Shown: positions 16,400-30,911 of the stretch, piece after piece
Numbering within the stretch: position 1 is the stretch's first letter
Layout of the letters: the number at the start of each line of letters is the position of its first letter
DNA from: the human T2T-CHM13v2.0 reference genome, Homo sapiens
Length of the DNA: 64,000 bases
Assembly: GCF_009914755.1 (NCBI RefSeq)
Contig: NC_060928.1
Reading direction: 5' to 3' (one strand)
The notes under the pieces: model-generated
Database searches by the model: none
Seen by the model: the letters and a program-made list of their open reading frames with translations, nothing else
Told to the model about the DNA's origin: nothing
Program-made: the position numbers and the translations under genes

Positions 16400-17425
16400 G
16401 TGTCGCCGTGGCTGGGCTGTGGGGCCCAGTTGTTTGGTCATGCATTAGTCTAGATGCTGCTGTGAAAGTGTGCTGCAGATGCGGCTCACACTGACAGTCA
16501 GCTGACTGCAAGAGAAGGAGATCGCCCTCAATAATGCAGGAGCCTCATGAAGTCTGTTGGCAGCCTGAAGAGTAAATACTGAGGTTTCCCAGAGAAGAAA
16601 CCCAGCCTGGAATATCAACTCCTGCCTGAGTCCCCGGCTTGCTGGCTTGCCCTTCACATTGCAGAATTGCCAGCCTGCACAATTGTGTGGGCCAAGTTCT
16701 TAAAATAAATTTCTTAGTATATGGCTGTGGCTATCTGTCTGTCTGTCTATCTATCTATCTATCCATCCATCCATCCACCCACCTACCTACCCATCCATCC
16801 ACTCATCCATCTATCCATCCATTCACCTATCCACCCATGCATTCATCCACCCACCTGCCCACCTACCCATCCACCCATCCACCAATCCATCCACCCACCA
16901 ATCCATCCACCCATCCACCAATCCATCCACTCCTCCATTCATCCATCCATCCACCCATCCACCCATCCATCCACCCATCCATCCACCAATCCATCCACCC
17001 ACCCTTCCACCCACCCACCCACTCATCCATCCACCCACACACCCATCCATCCACTCATGTATCTATCCACCCATTAATCCATTCATCTGTCCACCCATGC
17101 ATTAATCCACCCATCAATCCACCTAACCGCCTACCCATCCACCCATCCACCAATCCATCCATCCACTCCTCCATCCATCCATCCATCCATCCATCCACCC
17201 ATCCATGCATCCATCCACCCACCTACCCACCTATCCATCCACCCATCCATCCACCAACCCATCCATCCACCCACCCATGCATCTATCCACCCATCCATCC
17301 ACCCACCCATGCATCCACTCATCCATCTATCCATCCATCTATCTATCCATCCATGCATCCCTCCATTCATCCACCACCATCCATCCACCTAATGGTTCTG
17401 TTTCTCTGGAAAACCCTGGTTGATA
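16400..17425 (+). mobile_element. MLT2-like (ERVL) solo LTR with an internal (CCAT)n expansion
   Basis: ...TTCTTAAAATAAATTTCTT, then simple repeat, then CTAATGGTTCTGTTTCTCTGGAAAACCCTG, a typical MLT2 3' end. Left edge approximate. Confidence 0.65.
16732..17390. repeat. Degenerate (CCAT/CCAC)n tetranucleotide array, ~650 bp
   Basis: Read directly. Grades from TCTG/TCTA units into CCAT/CCAC. Confidence 0.95.
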
Positions 17426-17506
17426 GACTTTCCTATCTAAGGAGCAATATGCCTGTCTGTACTGGGAAGTTGGGGACACCTAAGACAGGTTAGAAATTCA
17501 TTTTCA

Positions 17507-17796
17507 GGCTGGACGCAGTGGCTCATGACTGAAATCCCAGCACTTTGGGAGGCTGAGGTGGGAGGATCACTTGAGCCCAGGAATTTGAGACCAGCCAGGG
17601 CAACATAGTAAGACCCTGTCTCTACAAAAAGTAAAAAATTAGCTGGGCGTGGTGGCACATGCCTGTAGTCCCAGCTACTCAGGAGGCTGAGGTGAGAGGA
17701 TCACTTAAGCTCAGGAGGTTGAGGCTGTGGTGAGTTGTGACTGTGCCACTGCACTCCACCCTAGGTGACAGAGTGAGACCCTGTCTCAAAAAAAAA
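17507..17796 (+). mobile_element. Alu (AluJ-like)
   Basis: Full dimer, TSD AAATTCATTTTC. Confidence 0.9.
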
Positions 17797-18167
17797 TTCA
17801 TTTTCCACACTGCAATTAACTCAGAAGACAGCATATTGCAGTGGCTCTCAGCAACACCTTAGTTTGAACCTCAGCTCTGCCTCTTATGAGCTCTGTGTGC
17901 TGAACCCCGCTCTGCATGTTGGCACCACCTGATTCATCTGACCCTCTTCCATGGGACAGCCCTCCCAGAGTGGAAGAGGATGATCACAGCTTCTCCACAC
18001 TCCTGCGTACTTATCCACTCTAACTGAACACCTACTATGTGCCGCGTGGCACCTTTCACTGCTGCGTGGCTGGACATCCTGCATCCCCTTGGCCATGCCC
18101 CATCAGTGAGTGTTAATCACATCTGCCCACATGCTGCTCCACTAAATGATGTCCGCTCCATCCCCCT

Positions 18168-18770
18168 TGAAACCAAGGGACTCATCTGATTGGGCCTCCA
18201 AACTTAATCTGCCTGCTTGCTTCTAGTCACTTGCTCCTTAATTTTTTAACATATATAGCTAAAAGTCACGTGGCCAAACAATATCTAACTAAATTCCCAC
18301 TAGCTCCCTTACGGATAACATCTCTGATGTGTGCGTCGCTATAGTAACGGTTGCTTAAAGTTGTGTTTTGGGAACTTAGAGTTAGCTCTTGTCCATTTTA
18401 AGCCAGTAGAGACCATGAGCCCTTCAAGTAGGCCTGAGCGAATGCCCGACTTCAGAGGGCCAAAAACACCTTTCTCGGATCACGCTAACAATGTCTTTTT
18501 CTTAAACATATGTCCCACGAAGAACCATGTAGCTCAATCGTGTTCAGGCAAAGTCCCCATGCCCTCACCTTTCCCACCAGCAGTCATCTTTCCCACGCCT
18601 TAGACCACCCACTTCTTATTCCTCCCTAGGCCCTACTCTTCTGGGAGGCAAGTTTGAGATTTGTTCTGCAGTCTCCTTGCTCAGCAGTCTTGTGAATAAA
18701 TTTTTCCTCTTTTGTGAAATCCACTGTCACAGTGACTGGCTGCTGCTCATGGGCACAGAGCATCTGGCTG
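18168..18770 (+). mobile_element. Probable solo LTR, family unresolved
   Basis: Begins TGAAACC, with LTR-like composition and an internal GTGAATAAATTTTTCCTCTTTTG poly(A)-signal context. Confidence 0.4.
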
Positions 18771-19229
18771 GGTGTCACCATCGCACCCGCACAGCCTGCA
18801 GCGACACCTGGGGTACTTTTCCATCACCAAGTTCCGCCCCTTCGACTTCCCACAGATCATCTGCATCCATCCACTTCTCACACTCACCAGTCCACAAACA
18901 GTGTCCAAGATGCCATCATGCTTTGCCCCAGACCCAAATGGCCCTGAAACAGTCTCCCTGCCTCTACGCAGCCAATCTGGGCTTCACCATGTAGCCACAG
19001 GGGTTGTTTTCAATTGCACACCTGGTCATAAATGCCATTGCTCTTAGGCTAAAAACCAAACTGCTTAACACAATCCAGGGCCCTGCAGGGCCTATCCGGG
19101 CTCAGGTCCAGACACCTCAGCTTTCGTATACTTCCTCCAGCAGCTAAGGCTCCCTCCTGTCCCAGGTCCTTTGCACGGGTACTTTGTTGTTCCTGGAATT
19201 CATTTCCTACCTGCCATCCCTCATCTTAC

Positions 19230-20015
19230 ACAACACATGCACACACACACATGTGCATGCACACACATGCACACACACGTATATCCATATGCATACACAC
19301 ACATACACATATGCAAATATGCACACACATATACAGACACATATACACATACACACAAGTATACACACATACACATGTATACACACATAGACGCACATAC
19401 ACACATGCACACACATATACACACATACACGTATACATACATAAACATACACACACGCATATACACACATACATGTACACACACACATACACACATACAC
19501 ACATATCCACATACATACATACACACAGTCACGTGTATACACACACACACACTGATATGGTTTGGCTGTGTCCTCACTCAAATCTCATCTCAAATTGTAA
19601 TCCCCATAATCCCCACATGTGGAGGGAGGGACCTGGTGGGAGGTGATTGGGTCCTGGGGGTGGTTTCCCCCATGCTGTTCTCGTGATAGAGAGTGAGTTC
19701 TCACGAGATCTGATGGTATTTTAAGTGTTTGACAGGTCCTCCTTCACACTCTCTTTCTCTCCTGCCACCATGTAAGATGTGCCTTGCTTCCCCTTTGCCT
19801 TCCACCATGATTGTAAGTTTCCAGAGGCCTCCCTAGTCATGCAGAACTGTGAGCAAATTAAACCTCTTCCTTTTATAAAATACCCAGTCTCGGGTATTTC
19901 TTTATAGCAGTGTAAAAATGGATGAATACACACACATACCCACATGTATATGCACATATCACACATGCACACAGGTATACACACATACACACACATGCAT
20001 GCACACAGGCACACA
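19230..20015. repeat. Degenerate (CA/TA)n array interrupted by a MaLR LTR
   Basis: Alternating purine-pyrimidine tracts at 19230-19552 and 19931-20015. Confidence 0.93.
19553..19930 (+). mobile_element. THE1/MST-type MaLR solo LTR (~378 bp)
   Basis: TGATATGGTTTGGCTGTGTC ... TTTATAGCAGTGTAAAAATGGATGAATACA, flanked by 5-bp CACAC on both sides. Confidence 0.88.
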
Positions 20016-20078
20016 AACGTCCCCTGTGGGAACCACATTCCCAGTGGGCCACCATATTGCCATTTAAAAGGTAGGGTA

Positions 20079-20513
<435 letters not shown>

Positions 20514-23002
20514 TCAGTTAGCTCTGAGATGATGTGCAAGAGATTTCCAGAAGCATATCTCCCACTGAGTTATCAGCTGTGACTGGGTGGGGGAATTCCT
20601 TAAGAGGTTTATGTCCTTCTTTGTATTTTTCTGGACTTTTATGACAGTTAAGATTTTTTAAATATATATTAAAAATAAAGCTCTTTCCTCTGAAAGAAAA
20701 ACACCAGGGGTCCCTTTCTCTCCTGCTGGGAGGTGGCCGCTCCTGCACCCCCTCTGGCTCACGTCCCACTCTCAGCCCGAGGCAGACAGGCAGCCGCTGC
20801 TGAGAAAAGAGGGGCATTCCCCATATGTAGTAACATTTCCAGTTGCCTCCTGGCTTGGCTGAGCCTGAGGAGGAAGGAGGACTAGGGTCGCACCCTTGGG
20901 TGTGTTCTTGGAAATCTGAGTGATTAAAACCATTACCCAGCTGTCAGAGGGTGTTTTAAAAGGATACATTTACAAATGTTAACCACTTGTATTTTACAAT
21001 TTTCATGTTGTATTATTGCCAAAAAAAAGTGAAATAGAAGTCCTGTCAAGCATACTACAGTTCCAAGAGGGTTGCTGTGAGTCCCAACAGGCCCCTGGAC
21101 GCTGCTGCTGGGCCAGGAGCTGCCAGACCTGCTGGCTGAGCTCACCTTTTGTGGTGAGAGCAATTAACTCCAGCACCATTAGACAGCCCAGAGGGGACAC
21201 GCCCTTTGAGGAACAAAGAAACACAGCCAGCAGGAACCCTCCCAGCAGTTCCTGACTGGGTGAGCCACCCACCCCACCAGTGATAACCATTTTACAAAGG
21301 TCAGTAGTATTCGTGCTTGGGATGGGACCTGACCACAGAACTCAAGGAAACAACTTCAACAGGAGCTGAAGAATGCGTCCCCGCAGGCTGCTAGCAGTGT
21401 TGGAGTTCCTTTTGGGGTGCCTTCTCTGGCCACTGGGGGATGGTCCCATGTGATGGTAGGCAGAGGCTACCCAAGAGAGGTCTTGAGGATGAGACGGCAG
21501 GGGCGCCTCCTGAGTGTGAGGCGGGCCGTACTGGATTTGCAGCCTCATCTGCGCACTCACTGGATTCACAGCCTCACCTGCACACTCACTCTGCGCAGAT
21601 GCTGGGCTTCTCCACCCACCTGGTGCTGTCTGGACCCACATGCCAGCTTCCTAGCCAGTTCCTGCTGCCTGGCGTCCTCCTACTGATGACCCATGCACAT
21701 CCTAACACATCAGAACCTTTTGGTGGCCTTTCCTCTTCTGTGGGGTTAAGTCCAAATGTCCCACAAGCTGCCAGCTCCCCCCGGCAAAGGCCCTTGTGCT
21801 ATCTGGCTCTGCGGTTCCTTTGCTAGCACGATCCCCACACATCTGGGTGCTCGGCACACCCTGGAGGACTGACCGCACTGACTGGCCACGGCAGTCAAGG
21901 GCTTGCCATGTGGCTTCTCCCTCCTGCTCAGCCCCATCTCCCACCCTCCCGCAGGCAAACACTCGCTGCCTGTGGCCCGGCATTCTCTTCCCCATCTTTA
22001 GGAATGTGAAAACAAGTTGCTGTTCAAAATCTAAGCTGTTGGAAATTTAACATATTTTGAGCCTTAAGAGAATATGATTATAGGACCTGAGTCATGTGAC
22101 AGGCAGCTGTAACCTAAGCAGCTGTCACCTTTGTTTCTCTGATTACAGATTAGTCTTTTTCCTTACCTACATTGTTTTGTAAAACGTTGTAAATGACCAA
22201 AGGGCACCAGAGAAGACCCCTTTCCTCATAACCATTCACCTTCATTGTAGATTCACTTCCTTCTTTCCTCTCTCCCGGTTATCTAAGATGGAGTGTTAAA
22301 TACGCCACCCAGCTCAGGTGATGTCAGCAGCCCTGTTAGCCCAGGCACGGGCCTATGGCTGAGCCTGGCCAATTAGGGCATTGCATTCCTTGGGTCAAAC
22401 TAGCTGATTAAAGGGTGGTCATATTACCTACTCAAGGGCAGAGATGGGGCTTTTTCTGGGACTGCTGAGAGAGAGAAAGATGTGGGTCTCTTCCCCGCAG
22501 ATTTAGAGCCTGAGAGAGGTGAGGTAAAAGTCTATCAATGGAGCCAGCACAGAAAAAGCACAGTCAAAAGATAGAAGGAAGGAAACTGGGTGCTGGAGAC
22601 ATAATTTAGCCCTTGATTAAGCCACACCTGAAGGAGACATTCAGTCATGAGAGCCAGCTGTAAGCCAAAAATTAATTCTAAGCCCTGCAATGGCTGATTG
22701 AGGAGGAATGAACCCCCCCTCTCTGCCAAGGGGATTTCAAAGAAACCTACAAACCTAGTTCAGGCCATGAAGGGAAGAGGGGGCGAGTCAGACATGTCTC
22801 ATTCTACCCTCCTCCCTTCGGAATTCAGGCACAACTGATAACATTAACATTAAAACAGAGATCTTAAAACTGTAGCCATAAGATACCAAATTCCTGTATG
22901 ACTCTAGTATAGCATCACATGACAGAGAGCAGGCCCTGAAAGAAATACAAATATTGTACCCCTAAATATATATTTTTTGGCATATTTTAAAATGGCTCTG
23001 CA

Positions 23003-23301
23003 GGCCAGGCATAGTGGCTCACACCTGTAATCCCAGCACTTTGGGAGGCAGAGGTGGGCAGATTACCTGAGGTTGGGAGTTTGAGAACAGCCTGGCCAAC
23101 GTGGTGAAACCCCATCTCTACTAAAAATAAAAAAATTAGCCAGGCGTGGTGGTGGGTGCCTGTAGTCCCAGCTACTCAGGAGGCTGAGGCAGAAGAATCA
23201 CTTGAGTCTGGGAAGTGGGGGTTGCAGTGAGCCAAGATTGTGCCACTGCACTCCAACCTGAGTGACAGAGTGAGACTCTGTCTCAAAGAAAAAAAAAAAA
23301 A
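23003..23301 (+). mobile_element. Alu
   Basis: Full dimer, TSD-like CTCTGCA. Confidence 0.92.
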
Positions 23302-23467
23302 GACTCTGCAGAGCTGTCTCTTGTGGGGGAAATTTACATTCCAGAATCCCTTTCCCTTTCTAGCTCTTTTTCTGATCCTGAAGAGATTAGCTGAGAGTCT
23401 AGCACCTTTTAAAAGTCCGAATAGGAAACATTTGCCATCTATTGCCTCTAAGGAAGGCCACCTATGA

Positions 23468-23829
<362 letters not shown>

Positions 23830-24640
23830 TGCAAACAACCCCTTGTCTTAACCCAGATGCTCCTTTCTATTGATTACAGGTCTTAATAACTTAACTCTTT
23901 CAACCAAGTGCCAATCAGAAAATCTTTGAATCCACCTATGACCTGTAAGCCCCCACCTCGAGTTGTCCCACCTTTCCAGACCGAACCAATGTGTACCTTA
24001 CATGTATTGATTGATGTCTTCTATCTTCCGGAAACATATAAACCAAGCTGTAACCCAACCACCGTGGGCCCGTGTTCTCAGGAGCTCTTTAGACTGCACC
24101 TCTTGGGTGGTCACTCACATTTGGCTCAGATGAAACCTCTTGATGTATTTTACAGTTTGACACTTTTCATGGACACAGTAAATTCCTTCTCTGCTTAAGT
24201 CACTTTAGGTCAAGTTCCTACCATTTGCAACAAACAGGTCAAAATGGATGCATCCCATCCCCAGTGCTACAGTCACACCAGTGTCCTGGTCCCCTCCCTG
24301 TACCGAGGGAGTGCTATTTTCCAGGCCCTGGGCAAAGGGCTTTATGCAGCCTCTCGTCTGCAGAGCAGCTTGGTCAAATGGAATCAATATCCTCATCTTA
24401 GAGGTGCAGAAACCACAGCTCAAGAGCACCCAGCCAGCTAGTGCAGGGCAGTGGGTGCGTGCTCAGTGTTCCTGGTAAGGACGTACTTCCTATCTGGGGA
24501 CACAGCCTGTAGCACCTGCTCCCTGCCAGCCTTTGCTCAGGGGCTTCCCCGGGCCTGGAATGCCTTTCCAGACTTCCCCTTCTGAGGAGCAGCCTGGTGC
24601 CTTCTCCCCTCTCTGGCCCCAGCACTAGGGTACTGCTGAG

Positions 24641-24818
24641 TGCCCCTCAGCTGCACCCATGCCCCTCCAACTCCCTCCCCAGCAGGAGACTGAGCCACTG
24701 CCCCTCAGCTGCATCCACGCCCCTCCAACTCCCTCCCCAGCAGCAGACTGAGCCACCGCCCCTCAGCGGCATCCACGCCCCTCCAACTCCCTCCCCAGCT
24801 GCAGAGGGAGCCACTGCC
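24641..24818. repeat. Minisatellite, 58-bp unit x ~3
   Basis: Unit TGCCCCTCAGCTGCATCCACGCCCCTCCAACTCCCTCCCCAGCAGCAGACTGAGCCAC starts at 24641, 24699 and 24757. Confidence 0.9.
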
Positions 24819-25291
24819 TGGTGGGCAGTTTGGGCATAGCCTGGCAGCTGGCCCTGTGCACATGGGGTCATACACACTCTCCAGCCTTGGGGCTCAGATG
24901 GTGCTGGGTGTCCCCTTTCCTTCAGGAGCCTCAAGACCCTTCACTCTAGCAAGAGAGTCTACTGAAAGGCAGCAGCACATTCATGACAGGGCTCAGGAGA
25001 TGAAACCCCCGGGCTGGATGCTGGGACACCGTAGGGCGGTTGTGAGGAGTAACAGAGGATTGCACGTGCCACTTTGGCACGTAGTAGTTACTCAACTAAG
25101 TCAGTTCTCTCAGTCAACAGATCGTATTCAAACACCTATTCCTTGCTGACACCTTGCCGGTGCTTAGAAACACATACTTGCTTTCTGCATTTGTCCGGTT
25201 ATTTTAGATGGGTGTAAGTGTGGTCGGGTGGGAAGCTGGGGCAGTTTACTCAACCTCAGTAGGAGAGAACAGGCACCTCCTGCAGAGCTCA

Positions 25292-25591
<300 letters not shown>

Positions 25592-25852
25592 CAGAGCTCA
25601 TTATTCTTACAAAGCCTTCCCTGCCTCATCCACAAACCAGGGTGGTCTTCTTTGCAAAGCCATCAAGGCTGGGGAACATCACCACATCGTTTGGCCTTTG
25701 AGGCAATGTGGGCCTGACTCTGCATCACGGCAAGGCTCTGCACTGTCCCCCACGGTGGCCCCTTGGGCAACGACCTTGACACCACGGAGGAGGCATCTGC
25801 GGGGACTCTCGCATGGGAAATGAGTCCCCTGCCCCGGCAGTCCCCCGCTTAC

Positions 25853-25933
25853 CTCCAGTCTCGTCCGGTCCACGTCTTTGGGCAGTTTCACGCGAATTCG
25901 GTTTGTGACGATGAGGGAGTCATACGGATAGAT
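25853..25933 (-). CDS. ABLIM2: ABLIM2 coding exon, 81 nt, phase 0-0 ([27 protein letters not shown]), N-terminal part of the villin headpiece
   Basis: cccccaacag|ATCTATCCG ... CTGGAG|gtaagc. Carries the headpiece motif [11 protein letters not shown]. Confidence 0.95.
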
Positions 25934-26135
25934 CTGTTGGGGGAGGAAACCACAGGGTCACCTCACGAAGCAAGTGTATGCTGGCACCAAAGAACTGAGC
26001 AGAAGGTCACCGAGAATACATACTTGCGTCTGCACCTGACACACACATTTCATAGGTAAAGCACAACAGAAAGGACTTTTAACCTGGGCAGGTGTGGCGC
26101 GGCACGGAGGTCAGTGTGGGAGCGGCCCCGCTTAC

Positions 26136-26143
26136 CTTGTATT
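26136..26143 (-). CDS. ABLIM2: ABLIM2 8-nt microexon AATACAAG, phase 1-0 (E/Q-Y-K)
   Basis: ctctctctcttacag|AATACAAG|gtaagc. It is needed to bridge the upstream phase-1 end to the phase-0 headpiece exon. Confidence 0.9.
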
Positions 26144-27427
26144 CTGTAAGAGAGAGAGAGCGGAGACCACGAAATGGTTTAGAAAGTGCAAGATGTCGTC
26201 CAAGGTGAGTGCAATCCCTGCCCTGGGGTACCCCTGTCTCCCCCCTGCAGTCACCTGGGCCATGCATGGTCCCCGAGCAGCCTGCACTGAGGCCCTAATC
26301 TCAGAGCTGCAGGCAGAGGGGCCCTGAGGGCCTCCCCCGGGAAACCAGAGCAGGAGGCATGGTCAGGCTGCAGGCCAGGCTGGAAGCCGGAGGGCGGCAC
26401 TGTGCTTTTCAGCTGTGATGCTGTCTCTCTGGTGGTCTGGGCCACCCTGAGAAAGATGCCAGCCTCAGTTTACCTGCCTGTACAGCGGGCATTTCAGGGG
26501 AAACTTTTAGAGGGTGTTGTGGAGACTGACATCTTGCTATGTTCTGAGCCTCTCCCATCTCTCACCGTCTTACCTTATTAACTCTACATTTTCTCTTTTT
26601 CAAACTACTGAGCTCTGCCCCCTAATGTCTTACTTCCAGACTGAAAGCGTCTTATCACGAAAATGAAATAGTGTGGATCGTAGGGCCTCCACGCACACAG
26701 AACCCACAGAAAGCAGTATCTACAGAACCTGGTCCTCAAGCCAGTCTCGGAAGGGAGACCCCGTGTCGGGAGCCGGTCCCTGAGTTTCACCACTTGCCCC
26801 GTGTGGTTCTGGACCTGCTGGCTCTGAGGCCCGGGGACTGAAGGCCACTTAGAGGGAGCAGGCTGTGGTGCACTGATGCTCTCCGTCCCCATGCAACCCA
26901 GTCCAGCAGAGCAAGGCTCCCCCGCCACTCGCGGGCACAGAGGCTGACAGGAGGTGAGCCTGTGGGAGGTGTCAGGCACCTGCCACACGACCAGGTGGCC
27001 GCTCTGGTAACACAAACCTCCTAGTAGCCCTGCTGAACCCGGAGAGTTCACGCGGCGTGCCGGCAGCCACACGGGGAGCAAGGCGCAGGCAGGGTTTGGC
27101 CCAGCGCCGTCCCGCTCAGACCCTGGAAGCCTTGTGCCTGTGACTCTGCTTTCCCAAGTGACACAGAGTGCCATACAATGCAGGACAGGGCCGCCGTGGC
27201 CATGGATGGGACAGAGGGAGCATCGCGGGTAAAGCTAGCTTGGAGTGGAACTGACTTTTGGCCAGGAGAGGCAGGGAAACCAGCACGCCCTCCCCCGAGG
27301 TGTCCCCGCCCGGCACTCCCGGAGCCTTCTGCAGGCTGCGGATGGGGTGGTTTCAGAACAAGTCTTGTGGAATGTGTTAGCGACCCCTGCCCCAGCCAGA
27401 GACCCACAGGGTCCCCGCTCTGTGTAC

Positions 27428-27482
27428 CTCGCATGCCCCAGCTGGCATCCGGGTCTGCTCCACAGGGGGCCAGATTGGCATT
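27428..27482 (-). CDS. ABLIM2: ABLIM2 coding exon, 55 nt, phase 0-1 (NANLAPCGADPDASWGMR)
   Basis: tctcttccag|AATGCC ... ATGCGAG|gtacac. In frame. Confidence 0.87.
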
Positions 27483-29178
27483 CTGGAAGAGAAAGAGAGG
27501 TTGGGCGGCAAGAGACAGGCGGCACGAGGGTGTGTGGATGGGCAGGGACCAGGAGATGTGGCCCCTTGGAGGCCGAGGTCCTCGTGCTGCCTGGGGAGTA
27601 GGGTGTCCTTAGCACAGCAGTGGGGCGTGACAGAAGGACAGCAACAGTGGCTTGGGAAGGGGAGAGTCCAGGATGCTGTGCCCGTGGGACTGGCCAGCTT
27701 TCTTGCTCATAGGATGCCCACTGCCTGGGCGGTCTCCACAGACCCTTCCTGTGTGGACAGCTCCAACCCCGTTTGAAAGCTGCTCCCAGGTGCCTGAGTT
27801 CCCCACTCTGCAGCTGGCACAGACGACCACTGGGGGCTCAGCACCATTTCTTTGCGCACGCTGCGCTAGGCACAGCGCTCTGCGGTTCCCCGTTGGTGAT
27901 CTGTCCCCTCCACATGGTGGGTTCCTGAGCACAGCGCCTAGAACCTGCTGTCCCAGGTGCTCAGGGAGCCCCAGGGTCCACCCTGGGCCCTCTGTTCCCT
28001 GCAAGATGGCCAAGGGGGAAGACTGGCTGCCGTCTTCTGGCACTGTGCACGGTTGTGGAACTCCTAGGGTATTCTCAGAGCTACGCGGACGCACGTGGCT
28101 GTGCGTGCGAGTCAAAGTCCATCCACCCCAAATGCTCCAAAATGAGGGGGCTCCTACCTCCCTGGAAACCGTGGTACTCACGGCAGCTCTGCGTGTGACT
28201 GTTTCAAAGGTTAAAGGAGCCCCGTGTCTGTAAGGCCCCTGGCATGTCACCTGGCATGTTGTAAGTACCCATACAGGGTGGCTGTGTCTCTGACAATGAC
28301 TAAGGGTGACACTCTGAGGGGGATGGGCCCGAGAGCTCCTGCACCTGTCTCAGGTGCCCGTGGCATTCATCAGCAAACTCTGCCATTTTAGCGCATTGAG
28401 ACCATTAGTGTCTGGAACGCTTTCCCTTCTGTCCACCTGGAAGCATCATCGACACGTCCTGCAAACCTCTATGGAGGGTTCCCCAACCTGTAAAGCATGC
28501 ATTGAACCCCCACAGGGGTCGGGCAGTCCTGCCCCTGCCCACTTCCTGCCCCTTGCTGGGGCCCGGGGTTCGCACTATGAGCCCTGAGCCATGCTCTGTT
28601 GCGGTTGTGCCTTGGCTGCCCGCGGCGGACGGAGCCTGTTGAAGAAAATGTCTTATTCACGCTTCGTTCCCCAGCACCTGGAACGGGGTCTCAAACGGGG
28701 TCAGGGCTCTCGGCCAGTGCTGCTGAAACTGGGTACAGGGATCACATTTCAGCAGGGAGAGTTCTGCAGCCAAAGGAGAGACGGTATGCTCAGCCCAGCG
28801 GGTCTGTCACAGGGCAAAGTGTTTTCAACGCGAGCTTTGCAGTAGGAAATCAGTGAGGAGCTGGTTACAGCCTAGAGAGCACGAGAGCAGGAAGACCTCA
28901 GAGGGCACCGAGTCCAAAGCCCTTTATCTGAAACAGGAAAACCGAGGCCCCGAGGGAAGCTGGACCTTCTTCCTGATGCAGAGCTGGAGTCAGAGGGCTA
29001 GAGTCAGGCTCACGAGTGGGGTAAGCACCCAGGCAGAGGACTGGAACTGGTCTCTATTTACATTTTTGCTATTTTGTTTATCGTGAAATTTTTTACATTA
29101 ATTTGGATTTCTAAAACTATTGCATTAAACTTATCCTGACTGCATTTTCTTCTTTAGTGCCTTGCTCCCTCACTCTAG

Positions 29179-30008
<830 letters not shown>

Positions 30009-30613
30009 CTCAAGAACAATGTTTTGATACATTTTCTTAGTCTCAGACTACCATCCCAGGTGCACCTGTTCTGGTCAGGGAACCCCCAGTATAAAGCAAG
30101 GCAACCAGCCATGGCCTTGTCTTTGCCACCTGGCATGTCTGATGTGAAAGAGAAATGCTGCCCCCTAGTGCCCATCGCTCTGCATAACGGGCTTCCAAAA
30201 CTCGCAGGGCACCACCTTCACCTTGGACGGTTGGAAACTCACTCTCCAGCAGCAAAACCAGCTTCCTTTGGTATTCCAGGATCTGAGATAAGGTGGAGAC
30301 TCTAGGACGGAGATGAGGCATCTACCAGGTGGAGAAGGGGGAATACTTTTTAGGTCTAGAGCAGGGAAAGTGGGGTCTACTTCCGGTCTTGTAAGTGCGA
30401 AGTGGGGATGGGGTGTGCAAGGCCTCTAAGGTGCAAGGGGTCTTCAGTTACTGCCTTTATGTGTGGACCAGCAGGAGAGCTAAGTGGCCAGAGGGCACCA
30501 CAAAGACAGCACTGCCTGGCATATTCCTGGCTGACTCCCCTACGCCGCTCAGTGCAGGCACCAGGGATTTTAAAAGCAACAAATGATTTAGCTGTCCCAT
30601 TTGTTTACTACCT

Positions 30614-30911
30614 ATTTTTATTTTATTTTTGAGCCAGAGTCTCGCTCTGTCACCCAGGCTGGAGTGCAGTGGTGTGATCTCGGCTCACTGCAACCTCCGT
30701 CCCTGGGTTCAAGCAATTCTCCTGCCTCAGCCTCCTGAGTAGCTGGGATTACAGGCATGCGTCACCATGCCTGGCTAATTTTTGTAATTTTAGTAGAGAC
30801 AGGGTTTCACCACGTTGGCCAGGCTGGTCTCGAACTCCTGACCTCAAGTGATCTGCCCGCCTTGGCCTCCCAAAGTGCTGGGATTACAGGCGTGAACCAC
30901 CACGCCCGGCC
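30614..30911 (-). mobile_element. Alu
   Basis: Reverse-complement dimer. Confidence 0.92.

Noticed and set aside
16639-17493. 284-aa HPSI-repeat ORF and its antisense MDGW ORFs
   Set aside because: Simple-repeat artefact inside an LTR.
19171-19686. HT/CV-rich ORFs
   Set aside because: Translations of the CA/TA tract.
24641-24818. Regularly spaced repeats considered as a CRISPR-like array
   Set aside because: Head-to-tail minisatellite with no unique spacers, in eukaryotic DNA with no cas genes.
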